A DNA stretch of 64,000 nucleotides from Cenococcum geophilum (taxonomy: Eukaryota): the NCBI GenBank assembly GCA_050273025.1, contig CP158635.1:12276001-12340000 (forward strand), written 5' to 3'. The first letter of the stretch is position 1. Every line of letters starts with the position of its first letter. The notes under the pieces are model-generated. The model ran no database searches and was not told where the DNA came from. It saw nothing but the letters and a program-made list of their open reading frames with translations. The position numbers and the translations under genes are program-made. This document shows positions 13,659-25,500 of the stretch, one piece after another.

Positions 13659-15340
13659 GGAAGGTTATATTATAACTCCTAGAGCTCCTTTCTAAGTATC
13701 TAATAAGTAGGAGATTAATAGTCTTATTATAAGAGGAGTCTTTAAATTTAAGAAGTATAACCCTACTAAGTTTAATAAAGTTCGTATCTTTAAGTTAAGG
13801 ATAGTTAATAAGATTAAGGGCAAGGCTACTAACGCCCTATTTAAGAAATTAAGGCTTATTATCTAAGGTTATAACAATAATAGTAAGGAGATAATTCTTA
13901 TATAATCTCCTATGATTTAACGAGCTAGTTAGCAAGTTATTATTATATTAGCTCTCTCCTTAATAAAGAATAAAATAGTGGTCTATTTATAAGATATTAC
14001 TTAGGCCTATACCTAATTAGAGACGCACCTTTAGCGCTTAATATTAGCACACCTTTTAGAGTAAATTCGCTACTAATATCCCAAAGATATAATTATAGTT
14101 ATGCTTAAGCCATTATATAAAATTGCAGAGGTAGGAACTTATTAGTGGGCTACCTATAGTAAGCACTATAAAGAGAAGCTTTTAATAACTATATCTATAT
14201 TTAATCCCTACTTCCTTATTATAACCATAGGAACTCTATTTAGAATTATTAGTATATAAACTAATAATATAATTATCTTAGGAGATAACTAATTCTTAGC
14301 TCTTAAAGAAAATAAGCTAGTAAAGGTAAATCTAATAGTAAAACTAAAGGGGAAGCTTAATTTAATAATACTATTGCTCTTTAATAGATATATCTTCTCC
14401 CTAAATAAGGACTTTATTGCTTTACGCCAGAAGGGTTAAGGTAAAAAGATTAACGTTATTAATGTTAATTCTCTAAAGTAAGGATATATAGAGTAATGCG
14501 CCTATAGAGCTTATATTGCTTTTATCTATTAACCTAAAGCTTCCTTTAATTTATCTATTGCCGCTTAATATTAGGAACTAACTAAGGATGATATTCTTAC
14601 CCTAAATAAGCGTCTTTCCTAGTAAATAAACCACCTTAATTAGAGACTACTCTATATGCCTATTAATCTTCCTACCGCTAAGCTCTTTATATTTATTAAT
14701 AGATTATTTATAAATAATAAAGATTTTAGCTCCTAGCTAGGATATAAGATTATTATTACAAATAAATCTACTAGAGAGAATAACTTTATAATCTATAGTA
14801 ATCTTATCTATTAGAGCTTAACTATAAGTAAGCGTATTACTTAAAGCGTTTTAGCATTAGAGATATATAGAATAGTTAGCGGAGTTAATATAGCAATTAT
14901 AATTAGAACTACCTTAAAGATAATTATAAATCGACTTAAACTTCCCGTTATCCCTATAATTGTGTATACTAACTTATATTCCCTTTATAAGTGTCTAGTT
15001 AAGCTTAGTACTATAAAGGAGAAGCGCTTTATAATTAATATTTTAGCACTTTAGCAATTTTATAAGTATTAAGAACTCTTTAAAATTTAATAGATTAATA
15101 GCTAAGATAACCTAGTAGATATAATAACAAAGGCAAACCTAAATAAGGTACTAAAGACGTTTATTAATATAAATACTCTATATATATAAGTTAAAGGTTA
15201 GGTTAAAAAGGAGTAGGAGTATAATATTCTGTAAACCCTAGCTTAAACTAGCTAATTAGGATTTTCTATTCCCGGGATAGAAAATCACTATTAGCTCGCT
15301 TATTACTAGCGCCTTAGCGGTCCTCCTAATAAGATATCTA

Positions 15341-18300
15341 TCACATATCTAGGGGGGTTATTTAGCACGGTTACGACCCGGGTTAATACGAGGTTAGGGC
15401 CACCCCTACTAATAACGCGCCCGAACCCCGCACTTAGTCGCGCAGCGACCGCCCCTAAGTACCCTCGCACGCGATTTTAGGCGAAAAGGTATATAATTTA
15501 AGTTTGATCGGTACTTCTAGGCGGTCGCGTAATGTTGCTTTAAATTTGAAATATTTATACTGTAGTGACCAAGACGCCTTAATATAGGACTATACTCTAG
15601 TAACCAAGACATCTTAATATAGGACTGCGCTATAGTCACTGCAGTCCTATATTAAGGCGTTTTAGTTACTATAGTCCTATATTAAGGCGTCTCGGTCACT
15701 ATAGTGCAGTTATATATTAAGGCGTCTTAGTTACTACAGTTATATATTAAGGCGTCTTGGTTACTATAGTACAGTCCTATATTAAAACGTCTCGGTCATT
15801 AATATAGTCTTATATTAAGACGTCTTATTTACCATAGTGCACTTATATATAAAGGCGTCTTGGTTAGTCACCGTAGTGCAGTTATATATTAAGGCGTCTT
15901 AGTTACTATAGTAAAATAACTATTTAAATATTCTTATAAAGCCAATTTAAAGAATGCCGACCTCATAGCTATTCTAGCTAGTTAATAGCCTATCTCTTAT
16001 CTCTCGCCGTACCGTCTTCTACGCGCCGTCTTATATCCTTAATTATCCTACGGCGACGGCTATAAAATATAGCCTCGCTATTAACCCGCCAGCGCGCCCC
16101 CTAGCAGCGATTAAGAGCTTTAATTAACGGCCCACCTACTAGTTCTAAAGTCCACTCAGCCCAGAGCTAAAACACTAAATTACCGCCCTAAAGCATCTTA
16201 TATTTCCTTAGCGGCGCCTATAGGTTAAGAATAAATAAAAGAGGTTAAGTGTTAGCTTACGGCAGCTGCGGCAAAGGTATAGTAAAAGCTTACGGTAGCT
16301 GTAGCGGGGGTATAATAAAAGCTTACGGCAGCTACTATAGGGGTATAGTAGACGTTATAGTAGACGTTATAGTAAACAGCTAAGCAGGCTCTACGGCGGT
16401 AGATAGTTAAGGACCCCTTAGTATCTCTATAGGGGTTAAATATATAGAAGAGGGTTTATCTAAAGACGGAATCTAGCTGTTAACGCGTTTAGGAATGGAC
16501 GTAGGTATAAATATAAATATAGGTGCGGGTATAGGTACGGGTATAAAGCCATCTAAAGACGGCCGTATAGACTCCGTAGGCCCTATCTAAATACCCGTCT
16601 TCCCTTACTAGATTTATATAGGTGCGAATAATACTAATAACCTTTCTATCTCGCTAAGGCGTTCTAAGATCGTTTGTATACGTAATTAAACCCCCTTTAT
16701 CTCTAAAATCGCGGCCTTATATCTTAGCTTAGCTACGGCCTTATAAGTAGGCCAGTATTTCCACATTATTATCTTATCTAGTATAACTACGCTAGCTAGC
16801 AAGCTTTCTACCCATGTAGTGAACCTCTAGTACTCCTTACAGCCAAAAAGGGGGTCCTTTTATAGAGGGTAGAGCGGGAACTGCTTATATAGAATTACTA
16901 AGTCCTATAATAGGATTACCCTAAGCGTATAGAGGAGGCGTAGAAATCCTAAGCCTATAAGGTTAAGCCGTACAACCTTATTATCTGCCCTCTTTGGGTA
17001 GTAGGTCTCTATATATTTTAGCTAGATATTAGTCTTAGGCTATATCTTTAAACAAAGTACCTCCTCTGGCACCTTTTGTGTGCGGGGAAAAAAGTAGCCC
17101 TTTTCTTTCTTTAGGAAGCTAGTAATTAACCGCATAAACGCATAGGGTAGATAGCTAAGGTAGGCTCCTATTATTACGTCCGTATTCTAGCGTCCGGCCT
17201 ATCTAATTTAGGTCTCCTTAACGCCACTAAGCTTAGTATGCTGGACGCTCTACTTATAGGCGCTATAAGTCTTCTCTTTTAAATAAATCCCTACCCCCTA
17301 GAATATCTTTTTATTCTATTTAAACTGCGTATAATAGCTTAACGGCCGTTATAGTACTTTAATACTACTAGGGAAGATATATAGGCTGTAGTAGTTCTCT
17401 AGCTGCTAAAAGGATAGGAAGCTCTTAGCGCCGTCCTTACCCTAGTAGTTAAAGAAGTAAAAGGCTATTATAAAGAGAGGGTAAAGGATAGGGTTAGTAT
17501 TGCGTATATAGCCTATATACTTAACCTTACCGTGCTGATTCTACTTCCCTTATATTATTAATATAATTATATACGGCGCTAACTTGTCTAGTTTAGGCCC
17601 TTTATTCTCTAGTTTAATAAGGACAAAGTTAGCAAGCTAAACGTCCTATCTACTTTTACCCTAGGTAACAGTAGTATAGCCTAAGGAATAGGTTAGAAAA
17701 CAGCAGCTGTATAAACTAGATAGGGTATATATAAACCTAATAAATGCTCAGCTATAGTTTAAAGGTAAGACTTAATTAAGCCTAGCTTCTTAAAGCCCGT
17801 CTCCTAGTACTAAGTAATTGCCTTTTTAAGCCCTTTAACGTCGTAGCCACTAGTAATTATAAATAGGCCTTAATTAATAAAGTTAACGCGTTAAATCCGG
17901 TCCTTATTACGGCAGACACTATCTAGTACCACTAAGAGCTTTGCCCCCTACAGTAGCTATAAGGTCTTACCTTCTAACTACTATATATAGAGCTTAGTAA
18001 TAGTGGAGACGTAGCTATTTATAACTAAGTATTAGACCATCTCATTAAATAGGGCGTTTAGGGCCTCCTTATCCCATATCTCTTCCTCCTTTATAGCTTC
18101 CTCCCCTATAGCTACGGCTGCCCCTACAGCTGCCTTTCTCCCTAGCGGCCCTCCTACGGTTATCTTCTACCTCTTCTTTACCCACTCGCCATCTTTCTAT
18201 ATCTCTTTCTATTTTAACTTTCATTTTTAATAGCTAGCAGCCCACAATTCTTAATTAATAACTTACTGCTCTAAAAATAGGTAAAGCTTATCTTCCGTTA

Positions 18301-18920
18301 CCTAGGCGCCGTCCGTATTACCTTCTAATCTTATATACTAGTCTTCTTACTCTTTCTACTTTAGCTTATACGCCCTTAAGGTATTCTTTAAGCGCTAGGC
18401 CTTATAAATATCCTATAGCTGTACTATCTAGGCCTTAAATTCGTTCTAGAGAAGGCTAGGGGGGCTTCCGTAGTAGACCGTAGGGTAAGAAGATTCTTAA
18501 GGGACTTTATATCCATAAAAGGTAAAGGGGTAGACGCGTAAGCGCGGTATAAGTAAATAAAGCTACTAAACACGTAAATATTAATGGAGAAGGAGAAGAA
18601 GAGGGCTCTATATTATAGAATTAAAATTATAATAGGCCTTTCTATATAAAATTAAAAGCCCTACGTAAGCTAAAAGCTAACGCGGGTATAAAAATAGTAG
18701 AAGGTTAAAAAATAGAATTGTTAAGGCAATAGTAAGGTTAATAGCGCGCGATAAGGACCTCTATACTAACCTAGTACTAACCTAGGCCTTAAAAACACGT
18801 CCGAAAAGTAGGGGCCACTATTAAAGGGGGGGGGTAATATTTAAACAATATATTAAAGACCTTAGGGGGTTATATGTAACCTAAGGTTATACTAAGCTTA
18901 ACCCAGACCTCTAATACCTA
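15341..18920 (-). mobile_element. Crypton (tyrosine-recombinase DNA transposon) copy 1, RIP-inactivated, 3580 bp
   Basis: Minus-strand relic ORF ~18580-15926. It contains KEKT(H)SA...(A)(E)LSGV(E)ET(Q)IR(R)AGR(W)NTD, a Crypton YR/NDC10-II-like segment at ~17170-17280. The C-terminus YKML.GGN.V..LWAEWT.....GP.I.AL....GARWR...EA.FYSRRRRII (~16030-16205) is GCR1_C-like. No TIRs or LTRs; short boundary direct repeat GATA(T/C)CTA. Confidence 0.88.
15560..15912. repeat. Crypton subterminal array: 2 inverted + 8 direct 30-35-bp units (also at ~19140-19492 and ~22754-23106)
   Basis: The unit AGTCCTATATTAAGGCGTCTTGGTCACTA (with RIP variants) is read directly from the sequence; the first two units are its reverse complement. 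Confidence 0.9.
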
Positions 18921-21900
18921 TTACATATCTAGGGGGGTTATTTGGCGCGGTTATAACCTAGGTTAATATAAGGTTAGGGCTACCCCTGCTAATAATACGC
19001 CCAAACCCCATACTTAGTCGCGCAGCAACCGCCCCTAAGTACCCTCGCACGCGATTTTAGGCGAAAAGGTATATAATTTAAGTTTAATTAGTACTTCTAG
19101 GCGGTCGCGTAATGTTACTCTAAATTTAAAATATTTGCACTATAGTAACCAAGACGCCTTAACGTAGGACTATACTCTAGTAACTGAGACGTCTTAATAT
19201 AGGACTGCGCTATAGTTACTATAGTCCTATATTAAGGCGTTTTAGTTACTATAGTCCTATATTAAGGCGTCTTAGTTGCTACAGTGCAGTCGTATATTAA
19301 GGCGTCTTAGTTACTGTAGTTATATATTAAGGCGTCTTAGTTACTACAGTACAGTCCTATATTAAGACGTCTTAATTACTAGTATAGTCTTATATTAAGA
19401 CATCTTGTTTACTATAGTACACTTATATATAAAGGCGTCTTAGTTAGTTACCGTAGTACAGTTATATATTAAGGCGTCTTAGTTACTATAGTAAAATAAC
19501 TATTTAGATATTCTTACAAAGCCAATCTAAAGAATGCTGACCTTATAGCTGTTCTAGCTAGTTAATAGCCTATCTCTTATCTCTCGCCATACCGTCTTCT
19601 ACGCGCTATCTTACATCCTTAATTATCCTACGGCGACGGCTATAGAACATAGCCTCGCCGTTAACCCGCTAGCGCGCCCCCTAGCAGCAATTAAGAGCTT
19701 TAATTAATAGCCTACCTGCTAGCCCTAAAGTCCACTTAGCCTAGAGCTAGAATACTAAATTACTGCCCTAGAGCATCTTATATTTCCTTAGCAGCGCCTA
19801 TAGGTTAAGAATAAATAGAAGAGGTTAAGCGTTAGCTTATAGTAGCTGCGGTAGGGGTATAGTAGAAGCTTGCAGTAGCTATAGCGGGGGTATAGTAAAA
19901 GCTTACAGCAGCTACTACGGGGGTACGGTAGATGTTATAGTAGACGTTATAGTAAACGGCTAAGTAGGCTCTACGGCGGTAGACAGTTAAGGACCCCTTA
20001 GTATCTCTATAGGGGTCGGATATATAGGAGAGGGTTTATTTAAAGACGGAATCTAGCCGTTAATACGTTTAGGAATGGATATAGGTATAGGCATAAGTAT
20101 AGGTATAGGTATAGGTATAAGTATAGGGCCGTCTAAAGACGGCTATATAGACTCCGTAGGCCCTATCTAGATACCTGTCTTCCCTTACTAGATCTATATA
20201 GGTGCAAATAATACTAATAACCTTTTTATCTCGCTAAGGCGTTCTAAGATTGTCTATACGCGTAATTAAACCCCCTTTATCTCTAAGATCGCGGCCTTAT
20301 ATCTTAGCTTAGCTACAGCCTTATAGGCGGGCCAGTATTTCCGCATTATTATCTCATCTAGTATAACTACGCTAGCTAACGAGCTTTCTACCTACGTGGT
20401 AAACCTCTAGTACTCCTCATAGCTAAAGAGGGGGTTCTTCTATAGAGGGTAGAGCGGGAACTGCTTACGTAAAATTACTAAGTCCTATAATAGGATTACC
20501 CTAAGCATATAAAGAAGGCGTAAAAATCCTAAGCCTATAAGGTTAAGCCGTATAACTTTATTATCTGCCCTCTCTAGGTAGTAGGTCTCCATACATTTTA
20601 GCCAGACGTTAGTCTTAGGCCATATCTTTAAATAGAGTACCTCCTCCGGCACCTCCTATACGCGGGGAAGAAAGTAGCCCTTTCCTTCCTTTAGGAAGCC
20701 GGTAATTAACTATATAAACGCACGGAGTAGATAGCTAAGGTAGGCTCCTATTATCGCGTCCGTATTTTAGCATCTGGCCCATTTAATTTAGATCTCCTTA
20801 ACGCCGCTAAGCTTAACGTACTAGACGCTCTACTTATAGGCACTATAAGTCTTCTCTTTTAAATAAATCCCTACCCCCTAAAATATCTTTTTATTCTATT
20901 TAAACTGCGTATAATAGCTTAACGGCTATTACAGTACTTTAATACTACTAGGGAAGATATATAGGCCGTAGTAGTCCTCTAACTACTAAAAGAATAGGAA
21001 GCTCTTAGCGCCATCCTTACCCCAGCGGTTAAAGAAGTAGAAGGCTATTATAAAGAGAGGGTAAAGAATAGGGTTAGTATTGCGCATATAGCCCATATAC
21101 TTAACCTTGCCGTGCTAATTTTACTTCCCTTATATTATTAATATAATTATACACGGCGCTAACTTATCTAGTTTAGGCCCTTTATTCTCTAGTTTAATAA
21201 GGATAAGGTTAGCAAGCTAAACATCCCATCTACTTTTACCTTAGGTAATAGTAGTATAGCCTAAGAAACGGGTTAAAAAACGGCAGCTATATAGACTAGA
21301 TAGGGTATATATAAACCTAATAAATACTTAGCTACAGTTTAAAGGTAAGACTTAATTAAGCCTAGCTTCTTAGAGCCTATCTCCTAGTACTAAGTAATTG
21401 CCTTTTTAAGCCCTTTAACGTTATAGCCACTAGTAATTATAAATAGGCCTCAATTAATAAAGTTAACGCGTTAAATCCGGTCCTTATTACGGCGGACGCT
21501 ATCTAGTACCGCTAAGAGCTTTGCCCCCTACAGCGGCTGCAAGGTTTTACCTTCTAACTACTATATATAGAGCTTAGTAATAGCGGAGACGTAGCTATTT
21601 ATAACTAAGTATTAGACTATCTCATTAAATAGGGCGTCTAGGGCCTCCTTATTTTATATCTCTTCCTCCTTTATAGCTTTCTCCCCTATAGCTACGGCTG
21701 CCCCTATAGCTACGGCTGCCCCTATAGCTGTCTTTCTCCCTAGCGGCCCTCCTGCGGTTATCTTCTACCTCTTCTTCGCCCGCTCGCTATCTTTCTATAT
21801 CTCTTTCCGTTTTAACTTCCGTTTTTAATAGCCAGCGGCCCGTGATTCTTAATTAATAACTTACTGCTCTAAAAATAGGTAAAGCTTATCTTTTGTTACC

Positions 21901-22534
21901 TAGGCGCCGTTTATATTACCTTTTAGTCTTATATACTAGTCTTCCCACTCTTTCTACTTTAGCTTATACGCCCTTAAGGTATTCTTTAAGCGCTAGGCCT
22001 TATAAATATCCTATAGCTATACTATTTAGGCCTTAAATTCGTTCTAGAGGAGGCTATAGGGGGAGGAGGCTAGGGGGGCTTCCGTAGTAGACTATAGGGT
22101 AAAAAGATTCTTAAGGGACTCCATATCTATAAGAGGTAAGGGGGTAGATATATAAGCGCGGTATAGGTAAATTAAGCTACCGAACGCGTAAATATTAATA
22201 GAAAAAGAGAAGAAGAGGGCTCTATATTATAGAATTAGAATTATAGTAGGCCTTTTTATATAAAATTAGAAGCCCCACGCGAGCTAAAAGCTAGCGCGGG
22301 CATAAAAATAGCAAAGGGTTAGAAAATAGGATTATTAAAGCGATAATAAGGTTGATAATACGTAATAAGGACCTTTATACTAACCTAGTACTAACCTAGG
22401 CCTTAAAAACGCGTCTAAAAAGTAGGGGCCACTACTAAAGGGGGGGGGTAATATTTAAACGATATATTAAAGACCTTAGGGGGTTATACGTAACCTAAGG
22501 TTATACTAAGCTTAACCCAGACCTCTAATACCTA
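18921..22534 (-). mobile_element. Crypton copy 2, 3614 bp
   Basis: Direct head-to-tail repeat of copy 1; has a 16-bp segment that copy 1 lacks (~22050) and an extra 18-bp unit (~21700). Confidence 0.88.
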
Positions 22535-25500
22535 TTATATATCTAGGGGGGTCATTTAACGCGGTTATAACCCGGGTTAATATAAGGTTAGGGCTACCTC
22601 TATTAATAACACGCCCAAACCCCATACTTAGTCGCGCAGTAACCGCCCCCAAGTACCCTCGCACGCGATTTTAGGCGAAAAGGTATATAATTTAAGTTTA
22701 ATTAGTACTTCTAGGCGGTCGCGTAATATTACTCTAAATTTAAAATATTTGTACTATAGTAACTAAGACACCTTAATATAGGACTATACTCTAGTAACTA
22801 AGACGTCTTAATATAGGACTGCGCTATGGTCACTACAGTCCTATATTAAGGCGTTTTGGTTACTATAGTCCTATATTAAGGCGTCTTAGTCACTGCAGTA
22901 CAGTTGTATATTAAGGCGTCTTAGTTACTATAGTCATATATTAAGGCATCTTAGTTACTACAGTGCAGTCCTATATTAAAACGTCTTGGTTATTAGTATA
23001 GTCTTACATTAAGACGTCTTATTTACTATAGTGCACTTATACATAAAGGCGTCTTAGTTAGTTACCGTAGTACAGTTATATATTAAGGCGTCTTGGTTAC
23101 TATAATAAAATAACTATTTAGATATTCTTATAAAGCTAATCTAAAGAATACCAACCTCGTAGCTATTCTAGCTAGTTAATAGCCTATCTCTTATCTCTTA
23201 CTATACCGTCTTTTACGCGCCGTCTTATATCCTTAATTATCCTACGTTAGGAAAACGGGAGGGTAGTAGGGGCTAGCCAGGGGCTAGCCCGGGGCTAGCC
23301 CGGGGTCATTTCAGCTGGATCCGCTAATCTGCTCATATACACTTATTTACGCTAGCCTAAGGCTAGCCCGGGGCCATATTAGCAACATTAGCACATTTTA
23401 TACGTTTTATACGTTTTATACATTTTATACGTTTTATATATTTTATATAATATTTCCTATAGCTGCAATATATATAATTATAATAAAATTCAAAATTCAA
23501 AATTCAAAATTCAAAATTCAAAAATTTAAAATTAATAGTAGCTATAAGGGATATCTCTCGCAGAGTTTCCAAATCATCAATTGGCGGCGTTCCCAATAAT
23601 CCGCCGGCCATGTACTGATTTCCTAACTAGGCCTAGTGCCTGTCCTGCCTGTCCTACCTATCCTACCTATCCTACCTGTCCTACCTGTCCTACCGTCTAA
23701 CCGTCCTACTTATTCATACCTACCTATCTATGCCTGCCGGTCGTGCCTACTTGTCTATGCCTACCTGTCTGTATCTATAATTTAGGGGAGAGGTCGGCCC
23801 GATCAAAGGCTCTGCTTAATTTAATTGCGATTAATTATATTAATTCGAATCGTTCTCTCTGGGCGTTCGCTGGCTGTACGTTTAAACGGTGGTCGTCTAG
23901 GGTACCTCCCTAAGAGGCCTTAATTCGATTTGATTTGGTAATGGGATAATATCAAGGCTCTAGTTCGATTCGATCGATCGATTGAATTAATCGTGGTATT
24001 TGCTGGCTGGTCGTTTAAACGATTATCGTCTGGCTCTAGCAGCGGTCGTCTGGTTCTAGCGACGGTCGTCTAGTTCTGGCGACGGTCGTCTGGTTCTGGC
24101 GACGGTCGTCTGGTTCTAGCGACGGTCGTCTAGTTCTGGTCACAGTCCTCTAGCTACCGTTCTGGTGCCTCCCTAAGTAGGGAGGATATAAGGAAGGAAG
24201 GAAGGGTAAAGGTGGCATTTAGGTGTACAAGGGGTATGCAAAGGCACATATAGAGGCTGTCGGGAATATAGCGGGGACCCGATGGTACTTCGGACGATTT
24301 AGATGATAAGGAAAATTAAAGTCCTGCTAGGAGCCTGCTAGGAAGCCTGCTAGGAGCCTGCCCGGAGGCCTTTAGGATTTTAATACCCTAATAGCAATAA
24401 ATACAATAATAGTAATAATATTTATTTTATAGCTATAAGCTAGTATAGTGCTAGCGTATAGCTCTAGGGCTTAGCTAATATGGCTAAAAGCTAGCCCTAG
24501 GCTAGGGGGGGTTAGCTAATATAGCTAAAAGCTAGCCCTAGGCTAGGGGGGGTTAGCTAATATGGCTAAAAGCTGGCCCCGGGCCAGGGGGGGTTGGCTA
24601 ATATGGCGGAAAGCTAGCCCCGGGCCCTAAAAACACTTTTAGCGAAACCAAATTTCCTGCGCCACTTCCCGTTTTCCTGACGTACGGCGACGGCTATAGA
24701 ATATAGCCTCGCCGTTAACCCGCTAATACGCCCCCTAGCAGCAATTAAGAGCTTTAATTAACAGCCTACCTACTAGCCCTAAAGTCCACTTAGCCTAGAG
24801 CTAGAACACTAAATTACCGCCCCAAAGCATCTTATATTTCCTTAGCGGCGCCTATAGGTTAAGAATAAATAGAAGAGGTTAAGCGTTAGCTTACGGCAGC
24901 TGCGGTAGGGGTATAGTAGAAGCTTACAGTAGGTACGGCGGGGGTATAGTAGAAGCTTACGGCAGCTACTATAGGGGTATAGTAGACGTTATAGTAGACG
25001 TTATAGTAGACGGCTAAGTAGGCTCTACAGCGGTAGATAGTTAAGGACCCCTTAATATCTCTATAGGGGTTAGATATATAGGAGAGGGTTTATTTAAAGA
25101 CGGAATCTAGCCGTTAATACGTTTAGGAACGGACGTGGGTATAAGTATAGGTATAGGTACGGGCATAGGTACGGGTACAGGGCCGTCTAAAGACGGCCGT
25201 ATAGACTCCGTAGGCCCTATCTAGATACCTGTCTTCCCTTACTAGATCTATATAGGTGCGAATAATGCTAATGACCTTTTTATCTTACTAAGGCGTTCTA
25301 AAATCGTCTACACGCGTAATTAAACCCCCTTTATCTCTAAGATCGCGGCCTTATATCTTAGCTTAGCTACGGCCTTATAGGCGGGCCAGTATTTCCGTAT
25401 TATTATCTTATTTAGTATAACTACGCTGGCTAGCAAGCTTTCTACCCACGTAGTAAACCTCTAGTACTCCTTACAGCTAAAGAGGGGGTCCTTCTATAGA

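Noticed and set aside
15560..15912. CRISPR-like array
   Set aside because: Units abut with only 0-9 bp between them and no unique spacers; it lies within a fungal transposon and there are no cas genes.
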